A stretch of 64,000 nucleotides of DNA from Camelus dromedarius (taxonomy: Eukaryota), in the NCBI RefSeq assembly GCF_036321535.1, contig NC_087437.1:47742001-47806000 (forward strand), read 5' to 3'. A program made the position numbers and the translations under genes. The notes below the pieces were generated by a model. That model made no database searches. It was not told where the DNA came from and saw nothing but the letters and a program-made list of their open reading frames with translations. Positions 12,897 to 25,806 of the stretch are shown in pieces. Position 1 is the first letter of the stretch, and each line of letters opens with the position of its first letter.

Positions 12897-14825
12897 CAAG
12901 AAGTCTTTAAAACCAGTGTAAAGCTGCATGTGTACTATGATAATGTCGATTTATAAGATACACCTCAATTTTAGCCTTTAACAAGTGATTCTATATAATC
13001 TCATGTGCCCACTTGTTTTTGAATGGCTGGAATTCTCTTCTCTCAACATATATCTCCAGGTACCATCTGACCAAATTTCCTATCTATACTTGTGTTTGTC
13101 TCCTATAACCATTCAGATATCTTAACATTTTTATGTTTACTTCATGTAGAAATTGAAAAATTATTTGAGAGAAAATCAAATGCGATTGTTAATCAGAGGG
13201 CTACCGTTTCCAGGTTAAGAGCCCAGGACAGGGATAATTTGGCTTTGTCTATCCAGTGGAAGGAGTACCTAAACTGAAAAAAAAAATCCTTGTCATTTTG
13301 CCAAGCTAAAGAAGGAGTTTTCCTATTCCACATAAAGGCATCCTACGAGCTAATTAATTAGTTCAATTAAAAATAGACGAAAGATTTAAGTGCAAAAAGT
13401 ATGAGAGCATGTATTAGAAAAAATACTCAAATAGCTATAAACTCTTTTAAAATAGCAAATATCACATTATTACAGTTTTCAAATCTTCTTAAGTGCTCCA
13501 GCATCCCTTAGAAATATTGCACATTCTCAGGTCATAGAATTACAGAATTTTTAGAAACATAATAAATCCTAAGGATCTTGTGCAGCTCAGCCCTTCATTT
13601 TACAAAGGATAACAAGCGCCCCTGGGGGAATTGACTTGCTTCAAGGCGTTGGATACACCTGGCAGCTGAACCCAGCTATTCCAATCCCCTGTGGTAACAG
13701 TCTCCTGGTGCACAGCTCTGAACACCTTTTCTTATGCTGTCTCCCTTTAAGTCTCACTGTCTTTATTTTTCCTTCTTTCCATCATAAACCAGCCTGTCAT
13801 TCCCAAGGTCCTGGCTTCCTCTAGGAGAAGCCTGGGAAACAGTTTCTCTCCTGCACATCCCCTATCTCACACCATGCACATCTCCACCCACTACTTGGTA
13901 CTGTTATCAAGTACAGAGGGGTCTGTGTTTATTATCCAAGTCCATACACATAAGATATGGTGAAAAGAAGCAGAATTTATTATCACATGAAAATATTCAC
14001 TAATGAAATCACTGCTCAAATTCCCACATATTTAACACTGGTCTTTCTTTCCTTGTACATGGCATCTACAACTTGGTCAGTCATCTCCATCTGATTTTTA
14101 GATACAGTAAACATCTGCTAAAAGAATGGGAATACAGTGCAACCTGATTGAAAATGAAGGTTGCAAACCTTGTTAAAGGTGCCAAAATTCCATGAGGTCT
14201 GTAGCTGTAAAATTAGTCTTAGGAAATAAAGATTCTTACCTCCCTCCCTCCCTCTAATTTTTCAAAGATAGATGAAGTTATTGATAATGCAAATCTGACA
14301 CAATTTAAGATTAAACTTGTTAATTAAAGAAAAGAAAGTAGATGAGAGTCATAACACAACAGGCACTTGTGAAAAGAATGATTTAATTATTAAACCAATG
14401 AACTATCTTTTTAATTATGCTGCAAGTATCAATTATATTTTGTTCAATCAATTGCTCCAAAACAAAGTCAAGAGCTTGATTCATGGTAAGATTTCATGCA
14501 TAATTTCAACTCCAACCTAAATTTTGTTCAGTATGAGATAAATTGAATTTAGTTTCATAATCTTCTCCTTTTAGAAATCAAGTTTCAATCAAACATTTAT
14601 TTATCATCTACATGTAAAAGTATGATTCCTTCTTTAAATGATCTTTTTGTAACACCATAGCTCCTCAGAGGGGGAATATATGCATACTTGAACAAAGTTT
14701 AGAAGGCTAGAAAGACAGTAAAATGTTAGTATAGGTTATCTCTTGAGTGATAGTGTGGCAAGTGATTTTTATATTCTTCTGTGACCTTTACTAAATTTTT
14801 CAAAATCTTGAAATATGAACATATG

Positions 14826-14980
14826 TTTCTTCCTTTCTTCTTTTCTTTTTCTTCCTTCCTTTCTTTCTTTTTTCTTTCTTTCTTTCTTCCTTTCTTCCTT
14901 TCTTTCGTTCTTTTCTTGGAGGGACTGGGATTGAACCCAGGACCTCATGCATGCTAAGCATGAGCTAAACCCTCCTCCAC
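14826..14980 (-). mobile_element. SINE (Vic-1-like) with internal deletion and (TTTC)n-type tail
   Basis: gggattgaacccaggacctcatgcatgctaagcatgagct core; pyrimidine microsatellite at ~14826-14917. Confidence 0.8.
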
Positions 14981-16746
14981 TGAAAATAATTACTTTTAAA
15001 AGACAGAATGCACCTTCTCGCCATCTCCTCATAATCCCCCACTCCCACCAAGAATCTGAGGCACTGAGGCTACTAAGTTCTGCTGTCCTCAAGGGTGGAG
15101 CCACTTCTACCCTTACAGTTACTCTTCAATGCAGCTGATCTTCAGTTTTGTAAGTCAAAATTTAAACAATTTATATTTCTGAGTAATTTTGGCATATTTC
15201 TAAGGCTTTTCATGACCCTCCTTTTTCAAGCAAGGGAGGTGGCATAGGTAACATCGGACAGGTGGAAAACTCAATTTTTTGGTATGACCTTTCTGGCCTT
15301 GGGGTATAAAGTTAGTCCTGAGAAGTAAAATATCTTATCTTCCTCTACCTAAAAGATAGTGAGCCTTTTATGATGTCTCTTCTTTACCATGTCAAGCATA
15401 GGAAGTCCTCAGCCTGAAGCCTTTCTTCTAGCAATAATCAGCTAGAGGGCCAGTTGTTAAGGCCACCCCTGGCTCATGAGCATAAAACCAGGATGCCAGT
15501 GTCCATATAAGAAGCTGGAGACATAGTTCTGCCGGCAGGAAAGCAATGGCTTGTTCTCTTTCTACCTAAAAGACAATTTAATGTTTTCCTCTATTTACTT
15601 ATTTCCTTTATTAGTCTGTTTTCCTGTGTATACTCTGTCTCCTTACCCAAAGGAGAATACTTTTCCCCTTCTAATTCCAGAATTGTATGGCTGACAACAA
15701 AAGACATGTAAAATGAAAGAGTAAAATAGAGACAGAAAGTTAGGATTGAGGAAATTATAAATAAATAGTAATAAATTTGTAATTAATTAACATATAGTGC
15801 ATTATAAACATATTTTAGTCAATTTCTAATTAAGTAGAATAAATTACAAATAAGATTAGAAAGAGGAAAAGGCTTATAAAGGCACAGGTCTTGAAAAACT
15901 ATATAGTTGTTATAGTTGAGCTTCAAATTTCACTCGAAGTTGTCTGGAAATTAAAGCTAAAAGAAAGAAAGAATCAGCATAATTTCATTTTCCTTCATTA
16001 ATTCAGCAGGGGAATCTGTGGTAGATTTATATGATGAAGCAGTTATTGAAATCACAAATGGCAGAAAACCTGTGACAAACAGGCAACTATTTCTCATGAT
16101 ACTAAATATAACCTCTATTATTAAGACTGAAAAATTGTTACCTTTTCCCAGATAACAGTTTAAGTAATCTTTTGATACTCTCTGTAGATTATTTAGATGG
16201 CTTATTTCCATTTCAACTTTAAGAGAATTTTTTCTTTTCTGACAGTGTCCTTGCATAGATTAGGATTAGAAAATGTTAATAAAGTAAAAATATTTAACAT
16301 TTTATTACAATCAATATAGTTTGAATAATTCTGAACTATCCCTCCCTCATTCCTTCTCAAGGCTGTCTAGTCTCCTAATATTGCAGAATTTAGAAGAAAG
16401 AAAGGACGTTAGAACTTTTCTAGTTCTTTCCCCTCGTTTAGCAGTTATGGGTGTGTTTTCTCAATGTCTTAGTCTCTGAAAATTTCTAGAGTACAATTTT
16501 CAAATTGTTAAAAAAAGTGACTATCAGAGAAATAAAAAATGAACACATGTCAAAGATTTTATTCAATTCAATTAGTAAGGAAACCAGAAGAATATTAAAA
16601 CCAGTTCAAAGAGCAAATGAGCAACTAGGCTGATAAAGGCAAACTAACTGATCCTGTCCTAGTATAAAGTTGGTTAACCCCCTAGTAGAGCCACAGGACT
16701 CCGTTCCACTGGGTAGTTCTTATTTGCATCTCTTGAGGATGAATAA

Positions 16747-17358
16747 AGTCGATCTTTGTTATTTGCGAATTCCATTGCCTGCTCATTAAAATTTACCTGT
16801 AACCCCCAAATTAATACTCACCACGCTTTTGTGGTCATTCAAGGACACGCATGGAGCAGTGAAAAATTTGAGTTGCCTGACGTGCATGTCCAGCAAATGA
16901 CACTGCCTTCTTGGTGCAACTCTAACACTGTAAACAAGTGTCCTTTTCCTAGCCTACTTAGTGCCGTGTTTTGTTTTTTTTTTCCCACTTCTGTGTGGTT
17001 CTGTTGGTGATTTTGCTGTTTAAAATGGCCCTCAAGCATAGTGCTAAAGTGCTGTCTAGCGTTCCTAGTGCAAGCATGCTGCGGTGTGTCTTATGTTTTG
17101 TTCAAGCATGAGTTATAATACTTTTGGCCGTGATTCAATGCTAATGAATTAACATTATGTATGTATATATTAAATAAGATGTTTCTAAAGAGAAACACAC
17201 ATGAAACAAGGCCATATATTGACCAGTTAATGAAAATGTTGTGATCAGAAGCTTTCAGGAACCTAACACCGTATTTCCTGTAGAAATAATATTTGCCAAT
17301 TTAGTATTCACGGAGACTTTATAGAACATCACTACCAGGAGTAATGAGGCTCAGCTCT
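16747..17358 (+). mobile_element. MER82-like Tigger DNA transposon
   Basis: Collinear similarity with 40607-41230 and with the MER82 consensus as recalled. Confidence 0.7.
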
Positions 17359-18361
17359 ATCTGCAAGTTAATCTCTGCATGTGCAGAGTTACAAAATAGG
17401 CCTGGAAATAGAAAGTCAAGCCTAGCACTCGACTGGTAACTCTTTTGCTTATTTCCAAATTTCAGATAATATTTCTAGTAATATAATTAGCTTTGTAAAA
17501 TGCCTTGACCCCACTAGAATTCTCTGCTCTTTTCTGAAGTTGTGAGACACAAAGCAGGACACATTTCTCTGCTAACATTTAGATCAGTACCATGTGGAAT
17601 GCCTTTTTCCCCCTTCTGACTCCAGAAATGCATTGTCTTCCAACATATAAAATTCAGTCTCCTGTGCTTTAAACATCATCACATGAAATTCATACTTAAG
17701 CTGTTGTTCATTGACTCCTAAATCCCTTTCTGCTATTCCTACTCTTTGGAAAACTTGTATTTCAGTTATACGATTATATCATGTTTTGCTCTTAACTCAA
17801 ATATAAGATGGCAAATTAAACTCTTACAAGCCCCTTAGATTTGTTTGCCTTTGGAAGTTTAGAGGACCTTATTTATGTTTAGGGTAAGAGTCATTTTCCT
17901 AATTCAAAAGACTTGCTGTAGAGCATCAAAAGACATTTCATCAAGTTCTGTCACTCACTGTTGTGATCATGGGTAAATCACCTCACCGCTCTGTGCCTCA
18001 GTTTATCTCATCTCTAAAATGAGATTGAGAACCACCTAGCTCGTTTACCTCCCACTATTATTTTAATTGCCAGCTGCAAGTGAATAACACAAAGTCGAAC
18101 CTAGTCCGGGGATCAGAAAGTAATACGTAAGCTGAAACTTGGAGAAAATAAAGGGCAAAGAGGGATAGCTTGTGAGAAGGGTCATCTGGAAGACAATGTG
18201 TGAGGCTTGAGAAACTGCAAACCTAGGATGACAGGAGCGCCAGGGGGGCTAATGTTTTGAGGATGTATTGGGATGTGGGTTCTGTAACTGCCTTCTTTCC
18301 ACTAATTATGAGTATTCTTTAAGCTACATTTCTGTTAAACAATTTAAAATAATCATGTATT

Positions 18362-19023
18362 TATAATCCAGCAATCTGCCTCCTAGGCATATATCTGGAG
18401 GGAACTCTAATTCAAAAAGATACAAGCACCCCAAGGTTCACAGCAGTGCTATTTACAATAGCCAAGACATGGAAACAACCTAAATGTCCATTGGCAGATG
18501 ACTGGATAAGGAAGGTTTTGTGTATATATACACAGTGGAATACTACTCAGCCATAAAAAAAGAATAAAGTAATGCTGTTTGCAGTAACATGGATGGGCCT
18601 GGAGATTGTCATTCTAAGTGAAGTAAGCCAGAAAGAGAAAGAAAAATACCATATGATATCACTCATGTGTGGAATCTAAAAAAAAAAAAAAAAAAAAAGG
18701 ACGTGAACTTATTTACAAAACAGAAACTAACTCACAGACATAGAAAGCAAACTTATGGTTGCCAGGGGGAAAAAGGGTAGGAAGAGATAAATTGGGAGTT
18801 TGAGATTTGCAGATACTAAATACTATATATGAAATAGATAAACAACAAGTATATGTTGTATAGCTCAGAGAACAATATTCAATATCTTGTAGTAACCTAT
18901 AATGAAAAAGAATACAAAAAGGAATATATATGTGTATATATATGACTGAAACATGCTGTACACCAGAAAGTGACATAATTGTAAGGTGACTATACTACAA
19001 TTAAAAAATAAAATAAAAAAAAA
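18362..19023 (+). mobile_element. Young 5'-truncated L1 (ORF2 end, 3'UTR, poly(A))
   Basis: Typical L1 3' sequence (agccaagacatggaaacaacctaaatgtcc) and A tail; TSD aatca(t/g)gtatt at 18351-18361 and 19024-19034. Confidence 0.92.
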
Positions 19024-19932
19024 AATCAGGTATTGATTGACTTAATAAATTCTCTATTAGATGAACATTTCCCTGCTTATTTTGCTGCATCTTAAAATTG
19101 TGAAATTAATTTGAGGGGTTCTTAAGCTTTTCCAATTCCCAGCTACAGTCACCAATTTTTGCCTAAAGTTGAAGACTATTTATATATCTTTCTGCTAAAC
19201 AAGAGTAAGAACATACAAAAAGTAAACAAGAATATCACTGACTTTTCCTACAATAAGTCAATGAGCTAAATTATAGGATTCCAACTGAATTTAGAGAAGA
19301 ATTCCTGGTGACATAGGACAGGTTTTCATCCTATTTTACTTGATGTGGCAAATTACAAGTACAGTAAAGCCCAAAGGAGATCTTAGCAGGCAGAATTTGG
19401 CCAACCCATTTTAAAAAGCAAAGTTTTACCTCAAATTCAGTAAGCTGGGCACACAGAGACTGCTGCACTGCCATGACCTGCATTGGTAGGAAAAATCTAA
19501 GGCCTCAGAAACAGAAGTCAATCAATAATTAGGGAGTTGTGCGGCCCTGTGAAAGGTGAGCTTGTGCCTGCAAATTAAAAACAAAAGAAAACTGTTTAAA
19601 CATCTGGCCTTACAACATACTCATACAACTCTTTTAAAAACATATTGGCATAAATCAAGCTGTAGTTAGAAAAACACCTCTATTTAAAAATGGCTCCTTC
19701 TAAGGGAAATCTGAAAGAAGAAAAGAAAGCTTTCATCAGTAGCATAAGATGCTTCATTATTTCAAAATCTAACCAAACCTATTTTAAATAGGAGTCATTT
19801 AATCCAACATGTGCTTACTGTGAATGCCTTTAGACTCTAAACCAATTCCTCCTGTTTAACAAAGAAGGGCATACTGTTAGCTGTGATGAATATGCTAATA
19901 ACATTTGAAAGAAGGAAGATTATGCAACCACA

Positions 19933-20080
19933 TTTTTTTTTTAATTGAAGTACAGTCAGTTACAACGTGTCAATCTCTGGTGTACAGCACAATGTCCCAG
20001 TCATGCATATACATACATATATTCATTTTCATATTTTTCCCATTAAAAGTTATTATAAGATATTGAACATAGTTCCCTGT
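19933..20080 (-). mobile_element. Young L1 3' terminal fragment
   Basis: Poly(T) then aattgaagtacagtcagttacaa; resembles the reverse complement of the 3' end of the 18362 copy. Confidence 0.8.
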
Positions 20081-23000
20081 ACCACTACATCTTATCACAT
20101 CATCTGATTTTGATAGAAAAATATAATATGTTATCAACATCTTATATTAAATATTTTAAAAGTAGCTCATATAGAGGAGCCAATTTGAGATCTAAAATGC
20201 TAGCTCTAATTGTAAAATATGAATTTCAGTTGTAAGCTGTGACTATTCCATGACCAAGTGTTCATGACTCTGAAATAAGTGTCTCTATCTTAATTCGAAG
20301 TGATCTATTTTAGAAGGAAATAACTGCAGACTTTCAATTAAGGAACATAAAATGTTTAGTAATACCATATAAATAAAAGGCATAGTTTATACTAGCTTTT
20401 TTATGGCAATGTTCTATCTACATCCAAAAACCTTAAAATAGTTTACTGTAAAAGTCACATTATACAATTTGGCTATTGCAATTTAAAAAATGGAAAATAA
20501 AATGCCATGTTGTTCCACAGAGGCAAATATACCAGTTCCACAAATGAACATATTGATTGCTCATCACACTTAGCTCTGAGCCTCCTGTCAGCCAAAGCAT
20601 AAAGAAAAATACAAGTTGCATAATTCTTCCCATCTGACCAAAAGAAACATACTATTTCTTCAAGCAGTCTTTTCCTGATACTGAATTCTAAAAGGAAGTG
20701 GAATTAACATTTATTTTCTATCTTACGTATGCTGGGGAATTTACATACATGGTATGATTTTATCCTCTCAGCGAATGTCATAGTAATCCATTTTCCATTC
20801 TATGAAATTTAGGTTCAGATCTAGGATTGTTTAATATCAAAGTTTGTGCTTTTTCCACATTTTCCAAATTCTTTGCAAAGAGCACTTTAAACCCTGCAAT
20901 GTATCAGGATACATCATAAGGACTTTATTAGAAACTCAGAACCATTCTTCATATGGTCATTTCTTCTATAAAACCTCCATAGAAATGAAAGATACACATT
21001 TAAAAAAATGACTTAGTAAGGTACTGTTCTGGTCAAGATAGCACAATTCACTCTATTTTACCCACTAGATACCACTATAAAATCTAAACAGTACACATGG
21101 AGCAGCTATTTTAGGACACTTGAAAAGTAAAGAGTAGCAGACAGACTGGAGAAGATCAGAATCTGAAGTATCACCGAGCTGCTGGTGACTCTCCAGCTTT
21201 TATTCCTTCAGTATTCCCTAGCCTGAACTGAAGGCAGCCCCAAACCTAGAAGTGTGGTCAAAATTTGCAGCCTGAACCCAATTAGGTCAATTATCCACTA
21301 AAATAAAAATATGAACATTCTCTTAAAATTTCAATAAGACCCAGAGCCCTGTAATATTCAAAATATCCAGAACACCATCCAAAATTGCTCAGCATTGAAA
21401 GAACCAGTAAAGTCTCAACTCACGTTGGAAGAGAAAGTCATTTAGATACCAACACCAAAATGACACATACGTTAGAATGATATGGCAAATTATTTGAAGC
21501 AGCTTTTATAAAAATGCTCTAGGAAGTAAGGGTGAACACTCTTAAACATATACAAAGACAACAATTCTCAGACAAGAAATAGAAAATATAAAAAACCAAA
21601 TGGAAATTTTTACAAAGAAGAATAAGAAAAGGTCCCTGTGCTCAAAATGCTTGTGACCTAATTAGAAGGAAAAGAAATGTTAAAATTACAGTAATACCTA
21701 AGAGAATAAACATCTAAAATAACAGACTGAAATCCATTCACAGATTTCAGCAAACTCAGAGCACCTACTAAGGCACCCAGATCATGACAATACGGTATGG
21801 AAAGTGCTGTGACAGGAGCACGCAGAGAGGAGAAGGGCCAGAAGGAGGGAACGATCAATCCTCCGGAGTTGGGGGAGCTGTAGAGAAGGTTACGGTAGAT
21901 ATACTGTTCAGGATTAGATTAGCCCAGCGTGACAGAAACTCTAAAAATCATCACTTTTTTGCTCTTATTAAAGTCTAGGTGAAAGCACTCCAGAACTAAA
22001 TTTCAGGGGAAAAAAAATCCTATTATCAACTACCCAGTTGGTTAAAATATCTTGGGCTTTAAAAGCTGGTCAATATCTCAGTGGTTTTACCTCCAACAAA
22101 GAGAACCTCTGCCATTTGTGGCTTGCCATCTGTTTACTAGCGGTGAACTAAAAACATCTTTGATTTTCTGTTCCATGTTTCTATTCTAAGACCCTTATAA
22201 TTAACACTGTTGGGAGCATAATGTCATTGCACCCAGTGCAACCTAGTGCCAGCAAGCAGCCCAGACACAGCTTTCAGCCTTCATGGTGGGTTGGCTCATT
22301 ATCCAAATACAAGGATGCAAACCTACTACAGTTGCATTCAAAGGACTAAATTAAAGGGCAGGGGCTTTAAATTGTAGAATGAATCACAAGCCAAACTTGT
22401 TCAATCTGTTTTTCAGTTGCTAGCAGCCAAGATTTGAAATATTACTCCCAGGTCTCTGCATTGCTTTTTTTCTCTTGTAAGATTAATAACAGATAAAGCT
22501 GAGTTGAACTAAACTGGGGAATGGCTGAGTTCTTAACTCCCAGATCTTTTTAAGTGTACCCTTTTCCCAGTTGATCACAGTTTCCAGGGATGGATGGGAC
22601 AGGTCAGTTTTCATAACTGCTCTCCTTTGATATTATAATCCTTTTCATTCATATCAATCATAATTCTGAACTTTCTGGTCTTGTTTGCTGTTTCACAAGT
22701 CCGTGCTTTTTAAAAATTATTTTTTATAGTGGTAAAAGTCTTCTATGTCGCTATCTTAGATGTGAGAAAGAGGTAAATTTTTACAAAAGTAACTAGAGAT
22801 CACCTTCTCCCATCTCTCACTTAGGCCTGATGCTAACCAGTTTATGTGTAAATTATATCATAAGTAGAAAACATTTATTCTGAATGTATATGGCATGATA
22901 TCCTTTTGTCTTTGTGACTATTGCCCCAAAGTAATAAACTAAAGGAACTGCTGACCTAGCTTTAAGGATCTGGTAAGAGGTTATAAAACTTACTTTGTGG

Positions 23001-24615
23001 CTCTAAGCCTATCTCCTACCTCCAGCCTATAGATAAGATGAGACTTGTCAGAGGTGGAAACAGTTATTGGAGCATAAGCATGGAAATCTCCCTACCCCAC
23101 CCCTACCTAAGTGAGATAAGAAGCTGCAAGAGAAGATCTCAGAGAACTTGCCATGGATCTTCAGGTGTCTAGAGGACTTGGAGACTGACTTGCACCTAGA
23201 AAAGTCAAAAGACAGGGACTCACTAGAGTTGCCCCTGAAGACAGAGTGAGAAGTGAAGGTTATAGTGGGAATAACCAGCACTTTCAGAATTTGTTGGAGG
23301 AAAAATATGAGTATTTCCAGTGAACCAGAGTGGACATCGCAGTACGTGGTCAGCATGAGGTTTGCTTTCTTTATATGTTTCTTTCTTTCTTTTTTAATTC
23401 TCTTGGCTTTACCTTCAAAAGATCCAGAATCTGACTGCTTCTCACCCCTCCCCTCCCATGCTCTAGTCTAAGCCACCACCATCTTTTTTTTTTTAATTGA
23501 AGTATAGTTGATTTACAATGTTGCATTAGTGAGTTGTCTTAAAGCATCTTCATCTAGGAGTCTGTCTGCCTGGTGAGATGTCCCTGAGAGGAAGAGTGGT
23601 CCTGGGATGTAAGGAGAGAAGCAGGGAGCTGTGGTGGGTTCAGCTGGAAGACGCTTACCCACATCAGGGAACAGTGCGGTGGGGACCTCTAGCAGGGAGT
23701 CTTCAAACAACCCACAAAAACATCCCATGAGAGAAAGAGCCAGTAACTTCATCTGTTAAGCAGAGAGCCTGACCAATTAAACCAATGTGGTCCCAGTCAA
23801 GCAAAATGATTGGGGGAGAGGTAGAGAAAAGGAGACCCCCTCACTGCCAGTGTTCAAACCTAGGTCTGGTGAAGAGCTGTGGAAGAGAGATGCTTTAAAC
23901 TGAATGAGGGATTAATGTTTTTATTTTGATCAACTGAACTTTTTAAGTTATGAAGACAAGACTGTGTAATAATACCTTAAAGTTGTAAGAAAATCTTTCA
24001 GATCTGGCCCAGATAATATCCATAGCTGGGGAAGGGGCTGCCATTCTGTCCTATCTGAAAGGCAGTAAAAAAAAACAAAGCTATTTAATAATTTTGCCCA
24101 CAAAATCCAGCTAGTTCAGGAACTATGATATAATGTTGAAATGGTCAGAGCTGTTCTTAATCCTGAAAATTGAAAACAGCTTAATAAAATGCAACGTACT
24201 GCTATTAGGTCATTAAAAATTATGTTATAGAGGAAACTTTAGAGCAGAGGAAGAGATTTATGTTATAAAGTTTTTTTTAAAAAAGCATGTTACAAATCAA
24301 AATATACAATATGATTCTCTTTTTGTAAATGCAAACAATACATTTTCTCTCCTCCCCCATATCATTAGGAAAAAGTGGAAGATTATCCTAAAACATTAAC
24401 AGTATTTATCTTCAGTGACAGGATTATAAGCTATACTTAAACTTTCTTCTTTTTGCTTATATTATGTAGAGAAGGAAAATATTTTAAAATTTAAAAATAC
24501 AAATGAAAAGGAGGAGAATTCCACAAATTAAAGGAACAAGAAAAATATGTCTGAGCTTTGGTGATAGCAATGACAATGAAAAGAAATATACAAGAAGCTT
24601 TATCAAATAATTGAT

Positions 24616-24740
24616 GGGGGGAGTGGGTGCAGCTCAGTGGTAGAGTGCATACTGAGCATGCACGAGGTCCTGGGTTCAGTCCCCAGCACCTCTATTAAAG
24701 TAAATAAATAAACCTAACTCTCCCTGCCCACCCACCCCCA
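24616..24740 (+). mobile_element. tRNA-derived SINE (Vic-1-like)
   Basis: agctcagtggtagag...gggttcagtcccc; TSD aaa(t/g)aattgat at 24605-24615 and 24741-24751. Confidence 0.9.
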
Positions 24741-25655
24741 AAAGAATTGATAGGCACTTGGTTCACCAGCCTCTGAAACTCCCTGGGGCTTCAGCATCCA
24801 TTCATACTGAAGCAATTTCGGGTGAACGAACTATTTGGATCCTTGAGATTAGTTACTTTCTTCATGTTTCTCAAATGCAAGCTCCATGCTGTCATCCCTC
24901 TGCTCTTTTCCCTCTCTTTCTTTCCTAAGTCACCCTCTCTAGCCCTCTCTCAACTGTAAATAAACTCCTGCACATCCTTACCCTTATTTTACAGTCTGCT
25001 GATCACTTCCTAGAAAACATGTGCCTTTCATAGAGCAGAAGCTCAATAGATGTTTGTTGAATATTTTTTCATAGTGTCATTCCACTTGGATACCCTCATC
25101 ATTGCTGTGCATCCTCCAGCCTGCTGCTTCTCCTCTAGTACTTCTATTCTATGTGAATAGTGCCAGCATCCACTCAGTTGGCAAACCCAGATGTCTGAAG
25201 GTGTCCCAGAGTCACCATATACTTGCCAGTCTCACTGGTTCTGTCTCCTTCGTGTCTCTCAAGTCAGTTTTCTTCCCACCACCTTTTCTGCCCCGGCCCT
25301 TGGTTCAGGCACCCATCTTTTCTCCCCTGAACTGTGGCATTAGTCTTGCCTCCAGATTTTTCCTTTTTCATTTCATTCTCATTCTCTGACCAATATTCAG
25401 GCTGATTTTTTTTTTCTGGAAAAGTATTGGTTTATTTTGAAGTAGGAAAAATACAGGGTGATTTTTTTTAATGCAATTCTGATTGCATCACTATACAATT
25501 TTAAATCCTTCAAGGGCTTCCCAGAGAGTTCAGGTAAAAAACCAAAATCTGTAATGTGGTAGATGACCAAAATTGCCCAGCATCAGTTCTCTAATTATCT
25601 TCCTTTTTCTGCCAAACTATAACACTCTACGCGTATTGGAAACCCTGTAGTTCTT

Positions 25656-25806
25656 TTTTTGTTTTTTGGATAAGCAAAAAAATTTCATTTTTATTAATTT
25701 CACACAAATGAAAAAGAGTACATTAAAGGCGGGGGGCAAATTAGTATTTAGAAACTCCCAACACCCACCCCACTCTGATTTCTTAAATAGTTGGTTCACA
25801 TTTCAC
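25656..25806 (-). other. Short polyadenylated retro-insert of unidentified origin
   Basis: TSD aaaccctgtagttctt at 25640-25655 and 25810-25825; AATAAA on - strand at 25695-25690, 22 nt before the A-rich tail; no repeat family recognised. Confidence 0.8.

Noticed and set aside
14205..14396. Phase-compatible junction into the 14204 exon remnant
   Set aside because: Phases did not match on recount, and the nearest good donor (14239) gives only a 35-nt intron; junction left unresolved.
14769..15104. 111-aa ORF with a K/E/R-rich tail
   Set aside because: Translation of a SINE and its (GAAA)n microsatellite.
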